Shown one piece after another: positions 30,529 to 40,781 of a stretch of 64,000 nucleotides of DNA. The notes beneath the pieces are model-generated. The model was not told the DNA's origin. It made no database searches and saw nothing but the letters and a program-made list of their open reading frames with translations. Origin of the DNA: Bacillota bacterium. GTDB taxonomy: Bacteria > Bacillota > Clostridia > Peptostreptococcales > Anaerovoracaceae. The stretch spans positions 34,884 through 98,883 of the forward strand of contig JAFRCM010000014.1 of the NCBI GenBank assembly GCA_017404365.1. Direction: 5' to 3'. Position numbers and translations under genes: made by a program. Position 1 is the first letter of the stretch. Each line of letters opens with the position of its first letter.

Positions 30529-33227
30529 TTCAGTTCGTACCAGTTCCTGCCTTCATTCAGATCCGCCTTCAGCTCTACGGCGAGCTTGTAAGCGGACTCC
30601 ATGTTATAAACGAGGAGCTTCTCAACAGTTTCCTTCTCATCCGGATACGTGTTTATGACGAGCTCATCGTGGATCTGAAGAATGAGTTTTGATTTGAGTC
30701 CCGCCTTTCTGATGGCGTCGTAGACTCTGATCATAGCGATTTTTATTATATCCGCGGCGCTTCCCTGTATCGGCGAGTTCATCGCGAGTCTTTCGCCAAT
30801 CTGTCTCACCATGTAGTTAGGCGCGTTGATCTCTTTTATGTAACGTTTGCGGCCGAGCAGCGTAGTGACATACCCTTCCGCCTTTGCAAAGGCAACAGAA
30901 TCGTCCATGAATTTCTTTACCTGAACGTGCTTTTCAAAGTAGGCGTTTATGTAGTCCTCAGCCTCTTTTCTTGATATGTCGAGCTCACCTGAAAGGCCGA
31001 AAGCGCTCATGCCGTAAATAACGCCGAAGTTTACTGCCTTTGCGCGGCTGCGCTCAGCAGGCGTTATCTCAGACTCAGGAATGCCGAGGACATTGGCGGC
31101 CGTCGCTCTGTGTATGTCTTCGCCCTTGTTGAACGCGTCGATTAGAGCTGCGTCATCCGCCATGTGCGCCAGAACTCTCAGCTCGATCTGCGAATAGTCG
31201 GCGCCTATGAGCAGGCATTCGTCTGTTTCAGGTACGAAGGCTTTGCGCAGCTGGCGTCCCAGTTCCTGTCTGATAGGAATGTTCTGCAGGTTAGGCTCCG
31301 TGCAGCTGATTCTTCCTGTCGCCGTGACTGTCTGCTGGAAGTGGGCGTGTATCCTGCCGTCTTCGTTTATGAGAGGAATAAGCCCGTCAACATAAGTGCT
31401 CTTGAGCTTTGTAAGCGTCCTGTACTCGAGGATCGCCGGAACTATAGGATGATCGTTCTTTATCTTTTCAAGCACTTCCGCGCTAGTCGAGTATCCTTTT
31501 TTGTTCTTCTTGCCGTGTTTCAGGCCCAGTTTTTCGAACAGTATGTCGCCGAGCTGCTGGGTTGAGTTGATATTGAACTCCTCACCGGCCATTTCGTGTA
31601 TGCCTGCTGCAAGTCCGTCTATCTCAGCGGCAAGGGTCTCGCCGAATTCCGCCAGAAATTCCCTGTCAGTGCGGAAGCCCTCTTTTTCCATTTCAGCCAT
31701 CACTTCTATGAGAGGGAGTTCCACATCATAAAGCAGAGTTTCAAGCTTCTGAGCGCTTATCTGGGCCTTCTGAAGCGTCTCCAGGTCGAGAACTGTAGCG
31801 CATATATCAAAACCGTAGTCATTGTAAACAGCCAGGCTGTCGGAAAACATGTCAAGCTGGGCGCCCGAGGCCGCAACTTCTTTTTCCTCAGGCAGACTCG
31901 TGTGCAGATATTCGTTGCTCAGAGCAGGAAGTTCATAGTTGCTTCTCCCCGAATCGAGAACATACTGGGCTATGGCCGTATCGAACTCCGTGCTGAAACC
32001 TTCCAGACCGTAGACGCTCATAAGCATATAGTAAGATGTCTTTAGATCATGACCGGAGAAAGCCGGCGGATTATCCGCTGCCATCTCTCTTCCCAGCCAC
32101 TCGCCAAAACCGTCAAGCGCTCCGTCACGGAAGAAATAATACTTTTTTCCGTTCATGACAGATATACAGTCTATGTGAGGCGCCGCGATGTGGTTTCCGT
32201 CACCGAAGACCTTGATCGCTGTTCTTCCGCTTAAGTGAATGTCACCCAGCTGTTCTTCTGATGATACTGTCAGCTTTTCTATGCTTTCTCTATCGATTTT
32301 TTCTTCTGTTTTTGCGTCTTCTACGGAAGTTTCCGCAAAGTCAGCCTCATCTTCACCGGACTGGCTTACCTTGAGTCTGCTCAGGAACCTGTTGAACTCC
32401 AGTTTTTTGTATATCTCTATAAGCCTGTCGTAATCAGGTTCTTTCATGAGACAGTCCTCTACGCCTATATCCAGGGGAACCTGAGTCATAATCGTAGCAA
32501 GGCGCTTGCTCATCATTGCCTGCTGCGCGTTGTCGCGGACTTTGGCCTGAAGGCCGGCCGGTTTAATATCATCAACCGACGCGATGATGTCCTCGACGCT
32601 TCCGAACTGCTGTATGAGCTTCGTAGCGGTTTTGCCTCCGACTCCCGGAATGCCCGGAATGTTGTCCGAGGAATCGCCCGCGAGGCCTTTGTAATCTATG
32701 AACTGAAGTGGTGTGAATCCATACGCTTCGCAGAAAGAGTCGTGATCGAATATGTCAAAATCCGACACTCCCCTCTTTGTATAAACTATCTTTGTCGCTT
32801 CAGTAGCAAGCTGAAGCTGGTCCTTGTCGCCCGTAAATACGAAGGTCTCCAGACCGCTGTCCTCACTCATTTTCGCCAGAGTGCCGATAATGTCGTCCGC
32901 CTCATATCCTTCAAGTTCAACACGCCTTATGTTCATGGCGTCGAGAATGTCCTTTAGAATAGGAATCTCCATGGCGAGCTCAGGCGGCATTTTTCTGCGT
33001 CCCGCCTTGTATTCGTCATACTGCTCATGCCTGAAAGTAGGCGATTTCATGTCAAAGGCGATGGCCATGTACTCAGGGCCGTAGTCCCTGATTATCTTGT
33101 CCATCATGTTGATAAAGCCGAATATGCCATGTGTATATATCCCGTCCTTTGTTATCATGGGATTACGCATGGCATAATAAGCTCTGTTTATAAGGCTGTT
33201 CCCGTCGATCAGCGCTATTCTTTTCAT
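30525..33227 (-). CDS. polA: DNA polymerase I
   Basis: LIDGNSLINRAYYA, GYEADD, TGRISCTEPNLQNIP, DYSQIELR, QIHDEL. Confidence 0.98.
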   Translation of the reverse strand: MKRIALIDGNSLINRAYYAMRNPMITKDGIYTHGIFGFINMMDKIIRDYGPEYMAIAFDMKSPTFRHEQYDEYKAGRRKMPPELAMEIPILKDILDAMNIRRVELEGYEADDIIGTLAKMSEDSGLETFVFTGDKDQLQLATEATKIVYTKRGVSDFDIFDHDSFCEAYGFTPLQFIDYKGLAGDSSDNIPGIPGVGGKTATKLIQQFGSVEDIIASVDDIKPAGLQAKVRDNAQQAMMSKRLATIMTQVPLDIGVEDCLMKEPDYDRLIEIYKKLEFNRFLSRLKVSQSGEDEADFAETSVEDAKTEEKIDRESIEKLTVSSEEQLGDIHLSGRTAIKVFGDGNHIAAPHIDCISVMNGKKYYFFRDGALDGFGEWLGREMAADNPPAFSGHDLKTSYYMLMSVYGLEGFSTEFDTAIAQYVLDSGRSNYELPALSNEYLHTSLPEEKEVAASGAQLDMFSDSLAVYNDYGFDICATVLDLETLQKAQISAQKLETLLYDVELPLIEVMAEMEKEGFRTDREFLAEFGETLAAEIDGLAAGIHEMAGEEFNINSTQQLGDILFEKLGLKHGKKNKKGYSTSAEVLEKIKNDHPIVPAILEYRTLTKLKSTYVDGLIPLINEDGRIHAHFQQTVTATGRISCTEPNLQNIPIRQELGRQLRKAFVPETDECLLIGADYSQIELRVLAHMADDAALIDAFNKGEDIHRATAANVLGIPESEITPAERSRAKAVNFGVIYGMSAFGLSGELDISRKEAEDYINAYFEKHVQVKKFMDDSVAFAKAEGYVTTLLGRKRYIKEINAPNYMVRQIGERLAMNSPIQGSAADIIKIAMIRVYDAIRKAGLKSKLILQIHDELVINTYPDEKETVEKLLVYNMESAYKLAVELKADLNEGRNWYELK

Positions 33228-33256
33228 AAACACACCTTCTGTTTTCTGTCTGTTTT

Positions 33257-33877
33257 CTATTCGGCCTTTTCTTCAGCTGCAGCTTCCTCAGCAGATTCGG
33301 CTGCAGGAACCTCCTCTGCCTCGGACTCATCAGATACATCCGCCGCTTCGAGGGCCGCGACAGCTGCCTGTTCATCCTTGTTCAGCTGGAAGCTCTCTGG
33401 CAGAAGCTGCATGAGATTTCTTATCCTTATCTGGCCGTCAGCTTTTGTAACTACAGTTATTTCAGGAGCGAATTCACTCATGAACTGTCTGCATATGCCG
33501 CACGGAAGCGCTTCCTCGTCACCTGCGGATACCGCGATGGCAACGAACGGATTCTCACCTATGTCATATTCGAGAACACCGTCTGATATTGCCTTTGCAA
33601 AAGCAACACGCTCCGCGCAGAGAGTCGCTCCGTACGATCCGTTTTCGATGTTCACGCCTGTGTACATCTTGTTCTTTGGAAGCACTGAATCCTCGTTCGG
33701 CTTTACCAGCAGCGCTGCGCCTACCCTGAAATCCGAATACGGCGCGTACGCGTGTTTTCTCGCGTTCTCCGCAGCGTAGTACAGATCCTCGAGCTTCTTC
33801 ATGTTGACTGCCTTCTGAGGCTTAGGTTCCTTAGGCTCCTTAACATTGACTGTTTCCGTTTTTTTCTTACCAAACAT
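33257..33877 (-). CDS. cdd: Cytidine deaminase with charged N- and C-terminal extensions
   Basis: AYAPYS.F.VGAALL, NIENGSYG.T.CAER, PCGICRQ. Confidence 0.93.
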   Translation of the reverse strand: MFGKKKTETVNVKEPKEPKPQKAVNMKKLEDLYYAAENARKHAYAPYSDFRVGAALLVKPNEDSVLPKNKMYTGVNIENGSYGATLCAERVAFAKAISDGVLEYDIGENPFVAIAVSAGDEEALPCGICRQFMSEFAPEITVVTKADGQIRIRNLMQLLPESFQLNKDEQAAVAALEAADVSDESEAEEVPAAESAEEAAAEEKAE

Positions 33878-33909
33878 AGTTAACCTCCAGTATGCATCGT
33901 CAGGTCAGA

Positions 33910-34722
33910 TTACTTGTAGCACCAGCGGTATACTGCTCCTACGAATATTGAACCGCCTATTATGTTTCCTATCGTTACCGGCAGGAGATTCTTTATAAGA
34001 AATCCGAACATTGTAAGCGAACTTGTATCAAGTCCGAGAAGGCTGACATATGACTCGTTGCCCGCCGCTATCATTCCAGCAGGAATGAAGTACATGTTGG
34101 CTACGCTGTGCTCGAATCCCGAAATGATGAACAGTCCTATGCAGAACCAGATGGCGAATATCTTGCCGATGGTCTCCTGTGATCCGGCCGCCATCCAGAC
34201 AGCAAGACATACCAGGAAATTGCAGAATATGCCCAGAACGACTGCTCTGCCGAAGCTGAGACTGCACTTGCCGACCGCTGTCTTGACGGTCATGGCTCCC
34301 AGCAGTCCTGCTCCCGAATCCCACAGCCCGCTGTATGCTATGCAGACCACGACAAACAGTGAGCCGGCCAGATTGCCGACATAGACTATTCCCCAGTTTC
34401 TGAGCATCTGTGAGACTCTGATCTTTTTGTCAAGCGCGCCTATGATCATCAGGCAGTTTCCCGTGAACAGCTCCGCGCCGCACATTACGACCATCATGAG
34501 GCCCACAGGAAATATGGCGCCCATTACGACTTTACCTATACCGAATGTCGCGGGGTCGGAAGTCAGATTGAAGGATCCCATCAGTGAGGCCTGCGCGCCA
34601 AGAGCTATGAAAGCTCCTGCGAGCATGCCTAAAACGAACAGCTTTCCGAAGCTGCCTGTCGCTTTTGGGACGGACCCGTCCGACTGTTTGATCATAATCT
34701 CACGTGGTGTGAGTGCTGTCAT
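33910..34722 (-). CDS. Formate/nitrite transporter family protein
   Basis: GAELFTGN, GIFCNFLVCLAVW, GFEHSVANMY, GNIIGG. Confidence 0.95.
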   Translation of the reverse strand: MTALTPREIMIKQSDGSVPKATGSFGKLFVLGMLAGAFIALGAQASLMGSFNLTSDPATFGIGKVVMGAIFPVGLMMVVMCGAELFTGNCLMIIGALDKKIRVSQMLRNWGIVYVGNLAGSLFVVVCIAYSGLWDSGAGLLGAMTVKTAVGKCSLSFGRAVVLGIFCNFLVCLAVWMAAGSQETIGKIFAIWFCIGLFIISGFEHSVANMYFIPAGMIAAGNESYVSLLGLDTSSLTMFGFLIKNLLPVTIGNIIGGSIFVGAVYRWCYK

Positions 34723-34750
34723 GAATAATATCTCCTGATTTAATAAAACA

Positions 34751-34930
34751 ATAATCCCGACATGCCGTCAGGGTTATAATTCACGCCCTAACGAATGTTA
34801 GGTGGGTACCCTGCCTCTGCCTTCTGTCTTCCCGTCGGAGCGGGCCTGACATATCTCAGATCGGACTCGGGTTCCCTATGTGATGATGTAGGTTGAATTA
34901 TAGTTTCCCCAACAAACACTTCAGGATTAT
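34751..34930 (-). ncRNA. ssrS: 6S RNA
   Basis: 180 nt closed by the terminal stem ATAATCCTGA/TCGGGATTAT. It has, in order, blocks resembling the Bacillus subtilis 6S-1 sequence as I recall it: TCCTGAxGTGTTxGTTG, ACCxACAT, GGGAxCCCG, GGGxACCCACCT, CTGACGGCA...GGGA. Confidence 0.88.
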
Positions 34931-34974
34931 TTGCAAAAACATGTTTAAACTGTCTGCCCTCAGGGCAGCGCTTC

Positions 34975-35709
34975 CTACAGTTCGACGGTTTCAAGATCGA
35001 CGCTGCAGTTGTGGTGAACCTTCTGAACGTCGTCGTTATCCTCAAGGAAGTCGATCATCTTCTTGAGCTTCTTCAGATCCTTCTCATCCTTTGGAGCTGC
35101 TTCCATTGAAGGAACGTACTCTACTTCGGACTCAACAAACTCATATCCGGCGTCTGTCAGTGCTGCGTGAACATCTGTATAAGCTGATGGCTCTGTATAG
35201 ATTACAAAGCTGTCCTCATTTACTTCCATGTCGTCAGCACCGGCGTCGAGGGCTACCATCATGAGCTCGTCCTCGTCGATGTCATCAGTCTTCTCGATGA
35301 CTATGACGCCCTTGCGCGCGAACATGTATGATACGCATCCCGGAGTTCCAAGATTTCCGCCGTGCTTGTCGAATGTCGATCTTACAGCTGAAGTTGTTCT
35401 GTTCGTGTTGTCAGTCAGTGCTTCGACGATGACCGCAACTCCGCCTACTCCGTAACCTTCAAAGCTCAGTTCTGAATAAGATTCTCCCTCCAGTTCTCCT
35501 GTGCCCTTCTTGATCGCTCTCTTTATGTTATCGTTAGGCATGCCGATGGCTTTTGCCTTTTCGATGGCAACTCTCAAAGTCGCGTTGTACTCAGGATCTC
35601 CTCCGGCCTTGGCGGCTACGATAATCTGTCTGCCGTACTTAGTGAACATTGCCGAACGCTTTGAGTCCTGCGCTGCTTTTCTACCTGCTATTGTTCCGTG
35701 TCTTCCCAT
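34975..35709 (-). CDS. yebC: YebC/PmpR family protein
   Basis: GGDPEYN..LR, NIKRAI, YEG-like FEGYG.GGVA..VEALTDN.NRT, DDVQKVHHN. Confidence 0.96.
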   Translation of the reverse strand: MGRHGTIAGRKAAQDSKRSAMFTKYGRQIIVAAKAGGDPEYNATLRVAIEKAKAIGMPNDNIKRAIKKGTGELEGESYSELSFEGYGVGGVAVIVEALTDNTNRTTSAVRSTFDKHGGNLGTPGCVSYMFARKGVIVIEKTDDIDEDELMMVALDAGADDMEVNEDSFVIYTEPSAYTDVHAALTDAGYEFVESEVEYVPSMEAAPKDEKDLKKLKKMIDFLEDNDDVQKVHHNCSVDLETVEL

Positions 35710-35749
35710 AAAGACGCCTCCTTAAATGTGTTATTTATCTGTTCTTATT

Positions 35750-38700
35750 CTATCCCCTATGCTCATTCTCTGCAAGTTTTTTGCGCAGATTCCTGTGGGC
35801 CGTCGTCATCATCATTTTGATTCTGTTCAGCTGATTAACGTGTGAAGCGCCCGGGTCGAAATCTATCGCGACTATGTTGGCGTCAGGGCTGAACTTGCGC
35901 ATCGCCTTCATCATGCCTTTGCCTGTTACGTGGTTAGGCAGACACGCGAATGGCTGCAGACAAGCGATGTTTTCAACGCCGTTTTCGATGAGCTCAACCA
36001 TCTCGCCTGTGAGGAGCCATCCCTCGCCGCACTGGTTGCCCAGGGAGATGACCTGTTGTGCGGATCTGGCCGTATCCTCGATATGTGCCGGCTCCTGGAA
36101 CCTCTTCGACTCACTGAGCGCCACTCTGGCAGGCTTTCTTATCTTCTCAAGGACAGCAATCGCTGCGTTGTTCCCCTTCATCTGCATGTAGGTGCCCGAA
36201 AGGTGATGATAATTGAACGTCTTGTTATACATTCCGTAGAGGATGAAGTCGAGAAGATCCAGTACAACTGCTTCGCCACCTTCTTCCTCGATAACGCCAA
36301 CGATATCGTTGTTCGCGGTCGGATGGTATTTTACAAGAATCTCACCTACGACACCGACCTTCGGCTTCTTTATATCGCGCAAAGGCAGATCGTCGAAATC
36401 CATGCATATGCCCTTGCAGTTGCGCTTGAACTCTTTCCAGTTGCCGTTCCTGCAGTTCTCCATCGCTATCTTGTTCCACTTCTCATAGAGAGCGTTGGCA
36501 CTGCCCTTTTCAACCTCATATGGACGTGTTGAATAGAGAACTCTCATGAACAGGTCTCCGTAGACGACTGCCATCATGCCCTTTTTGATCAGATTCCAGT
36601 CCATGAGATTGAACCCCGGATTCTTCTCAAGTCCGGCCATGTTGACGGAAATTATCGGAATCTGCGGCATATCCAGATCCTTCAGCGCTTTACGCAGAAG
36701 CGAAACGTAGTTTGACGCTCTGCACTGACCGCCTGTCTGTGACATGAAGATTGCCGTGTGGTCCAAATCGTATTCACCGGACTTAAGCGCCGCAATGGTC
36801 TGCCCTAAAGTGACGATGGTCGGATAACATGCGTCATTATTGACGTATTTAAGTCCTTCGTCCACTGCGTGAACACTGACCGGCGGTAACTGCTTGGCAT
36901 TGTAACCGCAGGACTGCATCATCGCTTCCACCAGATTCCAGTGGATCGGTGACATCTGCGGCATCATTATCGTGTAGTTGTCATCCCTCATCTCCTTTGT
37001 AAAGAAGGCTCTTTCGTAAGGAGTGTTGTCAGGTTTTGCCTTGACCTCGTTCTTTTCACGTTCAGCCATTGCAGCTCTGAGAGATCTGATTCTGATCTTG
37101 GCGGCGCCGAGATTTGATCCTTCGTCTATCTTCAGAACCGTGTACAGCTTGTTGTTCTTATGGCAAATCTCCTGAACCTGGTCGGTCGTTACTGCGTCCA
37201 GACCGCATCCGAAGGAGTTGAGCTGTATCAGTTCAATGTCGTTTCTTGTTCCCGCGAATATCGCCGCTCTGTACATGCGTGAGTGGTACATCCACTGGTC
37301 GAGCACTCTGATAGGACGCTCGAGCTTCGCTCTGTGGGCTATTGAGTCCTCAGTCAGAACTATCATTCCGAATGAGTTGATCATCTTGTCGAGTCCGTGG
37401 TTTATCTCAGGATCTACATGGTACGGTCTTCCCGCGAGGATGATGCACTTGATGTCATTGTCCTCAGCGTACTTGAGAGCGTCTTCGCCGGCCTGCTTCA
37501 TGTCCTTGTGGAACTGCTCGTCTTCGCGGCGCGCGGCTCTGACCGCATGGCGTATCTCCTGCTTGCTGATGCCTTTGTCCGAAAGCACGTCAGCAAGTTC
37601 GTCGATCAGATACTTGTCATTGTCGTACGGCAGGAAAGGATGCATGAAATCTATTCCGTTTTCCGCGATGACCTCATCCATGTTGTTTGCGATAACCTCA
37701 GGATATGTCGCTACGATCGGACAGTTGTAGTGGTTTGGCTGCTTAGGATCCTCAACTCGCTCATAGTTTATGCTCGGATAGAAGATGAACCTGAGACCCT
37801 GCTCCGCAAGCCACTTGACGTGTCCGTGTACTATCTTTGCCGGATAGCACGCAGTATCGGATGATATGGTGTCCATTCCCATCTCATATATTGATTTCTT
37901 TGACTGCGGCGACAGAACGACTCTGTATCCCAGATGAGTCCAGAACGTGAACCAGAAAGGATAGTTCTCGTACATGTTGAGTACTCTAGGGATTCCGACC
38001 TCGCCTCTCGGCGCATCCTCAATACTGAGCGGCTCGTATCTGAACAGTCTTCTGAACTTGTATTCATACAGATTAGGGAGCTCGCTGTGACTCGTTTCAG
38101 TCTTTCCTTCTCCCTTTTCACATCTGTTTCCTGTAATCAGTCGTGAACCGTCCGCGAACTTGTTTATGGTGAGCAGACAGTTGTTTTCGCATCTTCTGCA
38201 TCTTGTCGTAGACGTCTCAACGTCGAAGCTTTCAAGCTCATCAGGCTTGAGCAGGCTTGATTCTCCGCCCTTGTAGTTGTCACGGGCAATGAGCGCGGCG
38301 CCAAAGGCACCCATAAGTCCTGATATGTCCGGACGCACTACATCCTTCTCGAGAATCTTTTCAATTGACCTCAGAACAGCGTCGTTGAGGAATGTTCCGC
38401 CCTGTACGACGACCTTCTCTCCCGCGTCTTCAGGATTTCTGAGTTTGATTACCTTGTAGAGGGCGTTTTTGATAACTGAATATGAAAGGCCGGCGGAAAT
38501 ATCACCGATAGTCGCGCCTTCCTTCTGCGCCTGCTTGACCTTTGAATTCATGAATACCGTGCATCTCGTGCCAAGATCGACCGGACCTTCCGCAAACAGG
38601 GCTTCCTGTGCAAAATCAGGAACGCTCATCTGGACTGACTTGGCGTAAGTCTCGATAAAGGAACCGCAGCCTGAGGAACAGGCCTCGTTGAGCATGATAT

Positions 38701-40000
38701 CGTAGATTGCGTTATCTTTGATCTTCATGCACTTCATGTCCTGCCCGCCGATGTCGAGAATGAACTCGACACCAGGCAGAAATTCCTCAGCGCCCTTATA
38801 ATGAGCCATGGTCTCAATTTCGCCCATATCGCACTTAAATGCAGCCTTGATCAGATTCTCGCCGTATCCTGTGACGGCTGTGCCGCCGATATAACATCCT
38901 TCAGGCATCTTCTCATATACGTCCTTGAGCATTTCAATTATAGGAGCGATCGGCTTGCCGCGGTTGCTCCTGTAGAACGTGTAAAGGACATTTTTGTCAT
39001 CGTCTATTACGATTGATTTCGTTGTTGTTGAGCCGGCGTCGATTCCGAGGAACAGTCTGCCTTTTGCTTCAGAGAAAGGCTTGCGTCTGACCTTTGCCCT
39101 GTCGTGACGTTCCTTGAACTCGTCGAACTCCTGCTGGTTTCTGAAGAGCGGTTCAATGCGGGCCGTATCGCTGAGCTCGCTCTGGTCCGCGTTCTGAAGT
39201 CTTGTCATGATATCGCCAAGACTCGTCTCTTCCTTCTCCTCAGCGAGAAGCGCGGCGCCGACTGCAACAAAGAGCTTGCCGTCTTCAGGTATGATTACTT
39301 CCTCAGGCTTCAGATTAAGCGTATCGATAAATCTGGCCCTGAGTTCCGGAAGGAAGCTCAGAGGGCCGCCCAAGAATGCTACTTTACCCTTTATAAGATG
39401 TCCGCACGCCAGACCTGAAATAGTCTGATCGACTACAGCCTGGAATATTGACGCAGCCAGATTCTCGATTTTGGCGCCGTCGTTGATCAGCGGCTGTATG
39501 TCTGTCTTTGCGAAAACTCCGCACCTGGCGGCTATCGGATAAATAAGAGTATGATTTTTTGACGCCTCGTTGAGACCGTCAGCGTCCGTGTTCAGAAGAA
39601 CAGCCATCTGGTCGATGAACGCGCCTGTGCCTCCGGCGCATGTTCCGTTCATCCTCTGCTCGATAGTCTGTCCGTAGAAAGTAATCTTGGCGTCCTCACC
39701 GCCGAGTTCGATGGCTGTATCCGTCTCCGGAATGAGAGTCTGCACGGCTTTGCTGCAGGATATTACCTCCTGTTCAAACGGAACCTTTATCAGCTTCGCG
39801 ATGCTGAGTCCGCCTGAGCCTGTGATTACAGCCTGAATTGTCTTGTCTCCGAATTCCTCATGCGCTTCTTTTATGAGTTCCTGCACCTTGAGGAACGCGT
39901 TGGACATGTGTCTTTCATATCTGCTGTAAATAATCTTGTTGTCATCGTCAAGAAAAACAAGCTTGACTGTCGTTGACCCTACGTCAATACCTAATCTCAT
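35750..40000 (-). CDS. Fused 2-hydroxyacyl-CoA dehydratase activase-like protein (two BadF/BcrAD ASKHA ATPase domains, DUF2229, dehydratase-like C-terminus)
   Basis: GIDVGSTT / [69 protein letters not shown]. Start set at MRLGIDVG. Confidence 0.88.
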   Translation of the reverse strand: MRLGIDVGSTTVKLVFLDDDNKIIYSRYERHMSNAFLKVQELIKEAHEEFGDKTIQAVITGSGGLSIAKLIKVPFEQEVISCSKAVQTLIPETDTAIELGGEDAKITFYGQTIEQRMNGTCAGGTGAFIDQMAVLLNTDADGLNEASKNHTLIYPIAARCGVFAKTDIQPLINDGAKIENLAASIFQAVVDQTISGLACGHLIKGKVAFLGGPLSFLPELRARFIDTLNLKPEEVIIPEDGKLFVAVGAALLAEEKEETSLGDIMTRLQNADQSELSDTARIEPLFRNQQEFDEFKERHDRAKVRRKPFSEAKGRLFLGIDAGSTTTKSIVIDDDKNVLYTFYRSNRGKPIAPIIEMLKDVYEKMPEGCYIGGTAVTGYGENLIKAAFKCDMGEIETMAHYKGAEEFLPGVEFILDIGGQDMKCMKIKDNAIYDIMLNEACSSGCGSFIETYAKSVQMSVPDFAQEALFAEGPVDLGTRCTVFMNSKVKQAQKEGATIGDISAGLSYSVIKNALYKVIKLRNPEDAGEKVVVQGGTFLNDAVLRSIEKILEKDVVRPDISGLMGAFGAALIARDNYKGGESSLLKPDELESFDVETSTTRCRRCENNCLLTINKFADGSRLITGNRCEKGEGKTETSHSELPNLYEYKFRRLFRYEPLSIEDAPRGEVGIPRVLNMYENYPFWFTFWTHLGYRVVLSPQSKKSIYEMGMDTISSDTACYPAKIVHGHVKWLAEQGLRFIFYPSINYERVEDPKQPNHYNCPIVATYPEVIANNMDEVIAENGIDFMHPFLPYDNDKYLIDELADVLSDKGISKQEIRHAVRAARREDEQFHKDMKQAGEDALKYAEDNDIKCIILAGRPYHVDPEINHGLDKMINSFGMIVLTEDSIAHRAKLERPIRVLDQWMYHSRMYRAAIFAGTRNDIELIQLNSFGCGLDAVTTDQVQEICHKNNKLYTVLKIDEGSNLGAAKIRIRSLRAAMAEREKNEVKAKPDNTPYERAFFTKEMRDDNYTIMMPQMSPIHWNLVEAMMQSCGYNAKQLPPVSVHAVDEGLKYVNNDACYPTIVTLGQTIAALKSGEYDLDHTAIFMSQTGGQCRASNYVSLLRKALKDLDMPQIPIISVNMAGLEKNPGFNLMDWNLIKKGMMAVVYGDLFMRVLYSTRPYEVEKGSANALYEKWNKIAMENCRNGNWKEFKRNCKGICMDFDDLPLRDIKKPKVGVVGEILVKYHPTANNDIVGVIEEEGGEAVVLDLLDFILYGMYNKTFNYHHLSGTYMQMKGNNAAIAVLEKIRKPARVALSESKRFQEPAHIEDTARSAQQVISLGNQCGEGWLLTGEMVELIENGVENIACLQPFACLPNHVTGKGMMKAMRKFSPDANIVAIDFDPGASHVNQLNRIKMMMTTAHRNLRKKLAENEHRG

Positions 40001-40115
40001 ATTTTCCCGTCCTGTAAAATATTCTACATATATATGCAATTAAATTGGTTACAAAAAACTAATGTATATTATACTCTAAATGCCGTCGCATGCAACAACA
40101 TAAATGTGAATGATT

Positions 40116-40144
40116 TTGCAAAAAGGCATTTAATAAAATATAAT
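40116..40144 (+). promoter_or_regulatory. Promoter TTGCAA-N17-TATAAT; predicted +1 coincides with the ATG at 40152
   Basis: Read directly; 7 nt separate the -10 box from the ATG and there is no SD. Confidence 0.75.
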
Positions 40145-40151
40145 GATTTTC

Positions 40152-40754
40152 ATGAAGAGCACTATTACAAAAACAACCTATCAGGCAATCTATCGGCTTC
40201 TGGATCAGGTGTCTCCTGTAGACTTCGATTGCGGGATTCTATGCGGAGCGGCATGCTGCCTTTGCGACTATGAGCCTGATGATATCGAGTACACAGCCGC
40301 GGGAGATGAAAACGCTGATAAATACATGGGGCTGATGCTTTTGCCCGGAGAAGAAAAGGTGTTTGATGAGTCCGATGACGAATGGATCTCGTGGGGCTCT
40401 CTTCTTGCTGAGGATTACGATTATCCCGACAGCTGGCACGGGCGCGTACCGTTCATACAGTGCCGCACGGCCCCGCTGTGCAAGAGAGAAAAACGGCCTA
40501 TTCAGTGCCGCACCTTCCCGCTGTCACCTCACATCGATGAAGATGGAATACTGCACATGATAATATGCGCGGACGAACTGCCTTATGAATGTCCGCTTAT
40601 CACTGATTTCGTCAGACTTAACGACGACTTCATCAAAGCGACATACACATGCTGGAAGCACCTGCTCCGCGATCCTAAGATTCTGGATCTGGTCATGATG
40701 GATTCCGAAGACCGGACATACGAGGAAATACCGCTTGTGTATCTGTATCCATAA
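40152..40754 (+). CDS. Cys-rich hypothetical protein (YkgJ/zinc- or iron-chelating-like), probably leaderless
   Basis: DCGILCGAACCLC...C.TAPLC.R..RPIQCRTFP...C....CP pattern. The ORF-track start at 40143 lies inside the -10 box. Confidence 0.75.
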   Translation: MKSTITKTTYQAIYRLLDQVSPVDFDCGILCGAACCLCDYEPDDIEYTAAGDENADKYMGLMLLPGEEKVFDESDDEWISWGSLLAEDYDYPDSWHGRVPFIQCRTAPLCKREKRPIQCRTFPLSPHIDEDGILHMIICADELPYECPLITDFVRLNDDFIKATYTCWKHLLRDPKILDLVMMDSEDRTYEEIPLVYLYP

Positions 40755-40781
40755 AAATATGTTTCATAAAAAAACTGGGTG

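Noticed and set aside
40104-40121. Rex box-like ATGTGAA-TGAT-TTTGCAA in the activase promoter region
   Set aside because: Three mismatches to TTGTGAA-N4-TTCACAA in AT-rich DNA, and the right half is simply the -35 box of the divergent gene.
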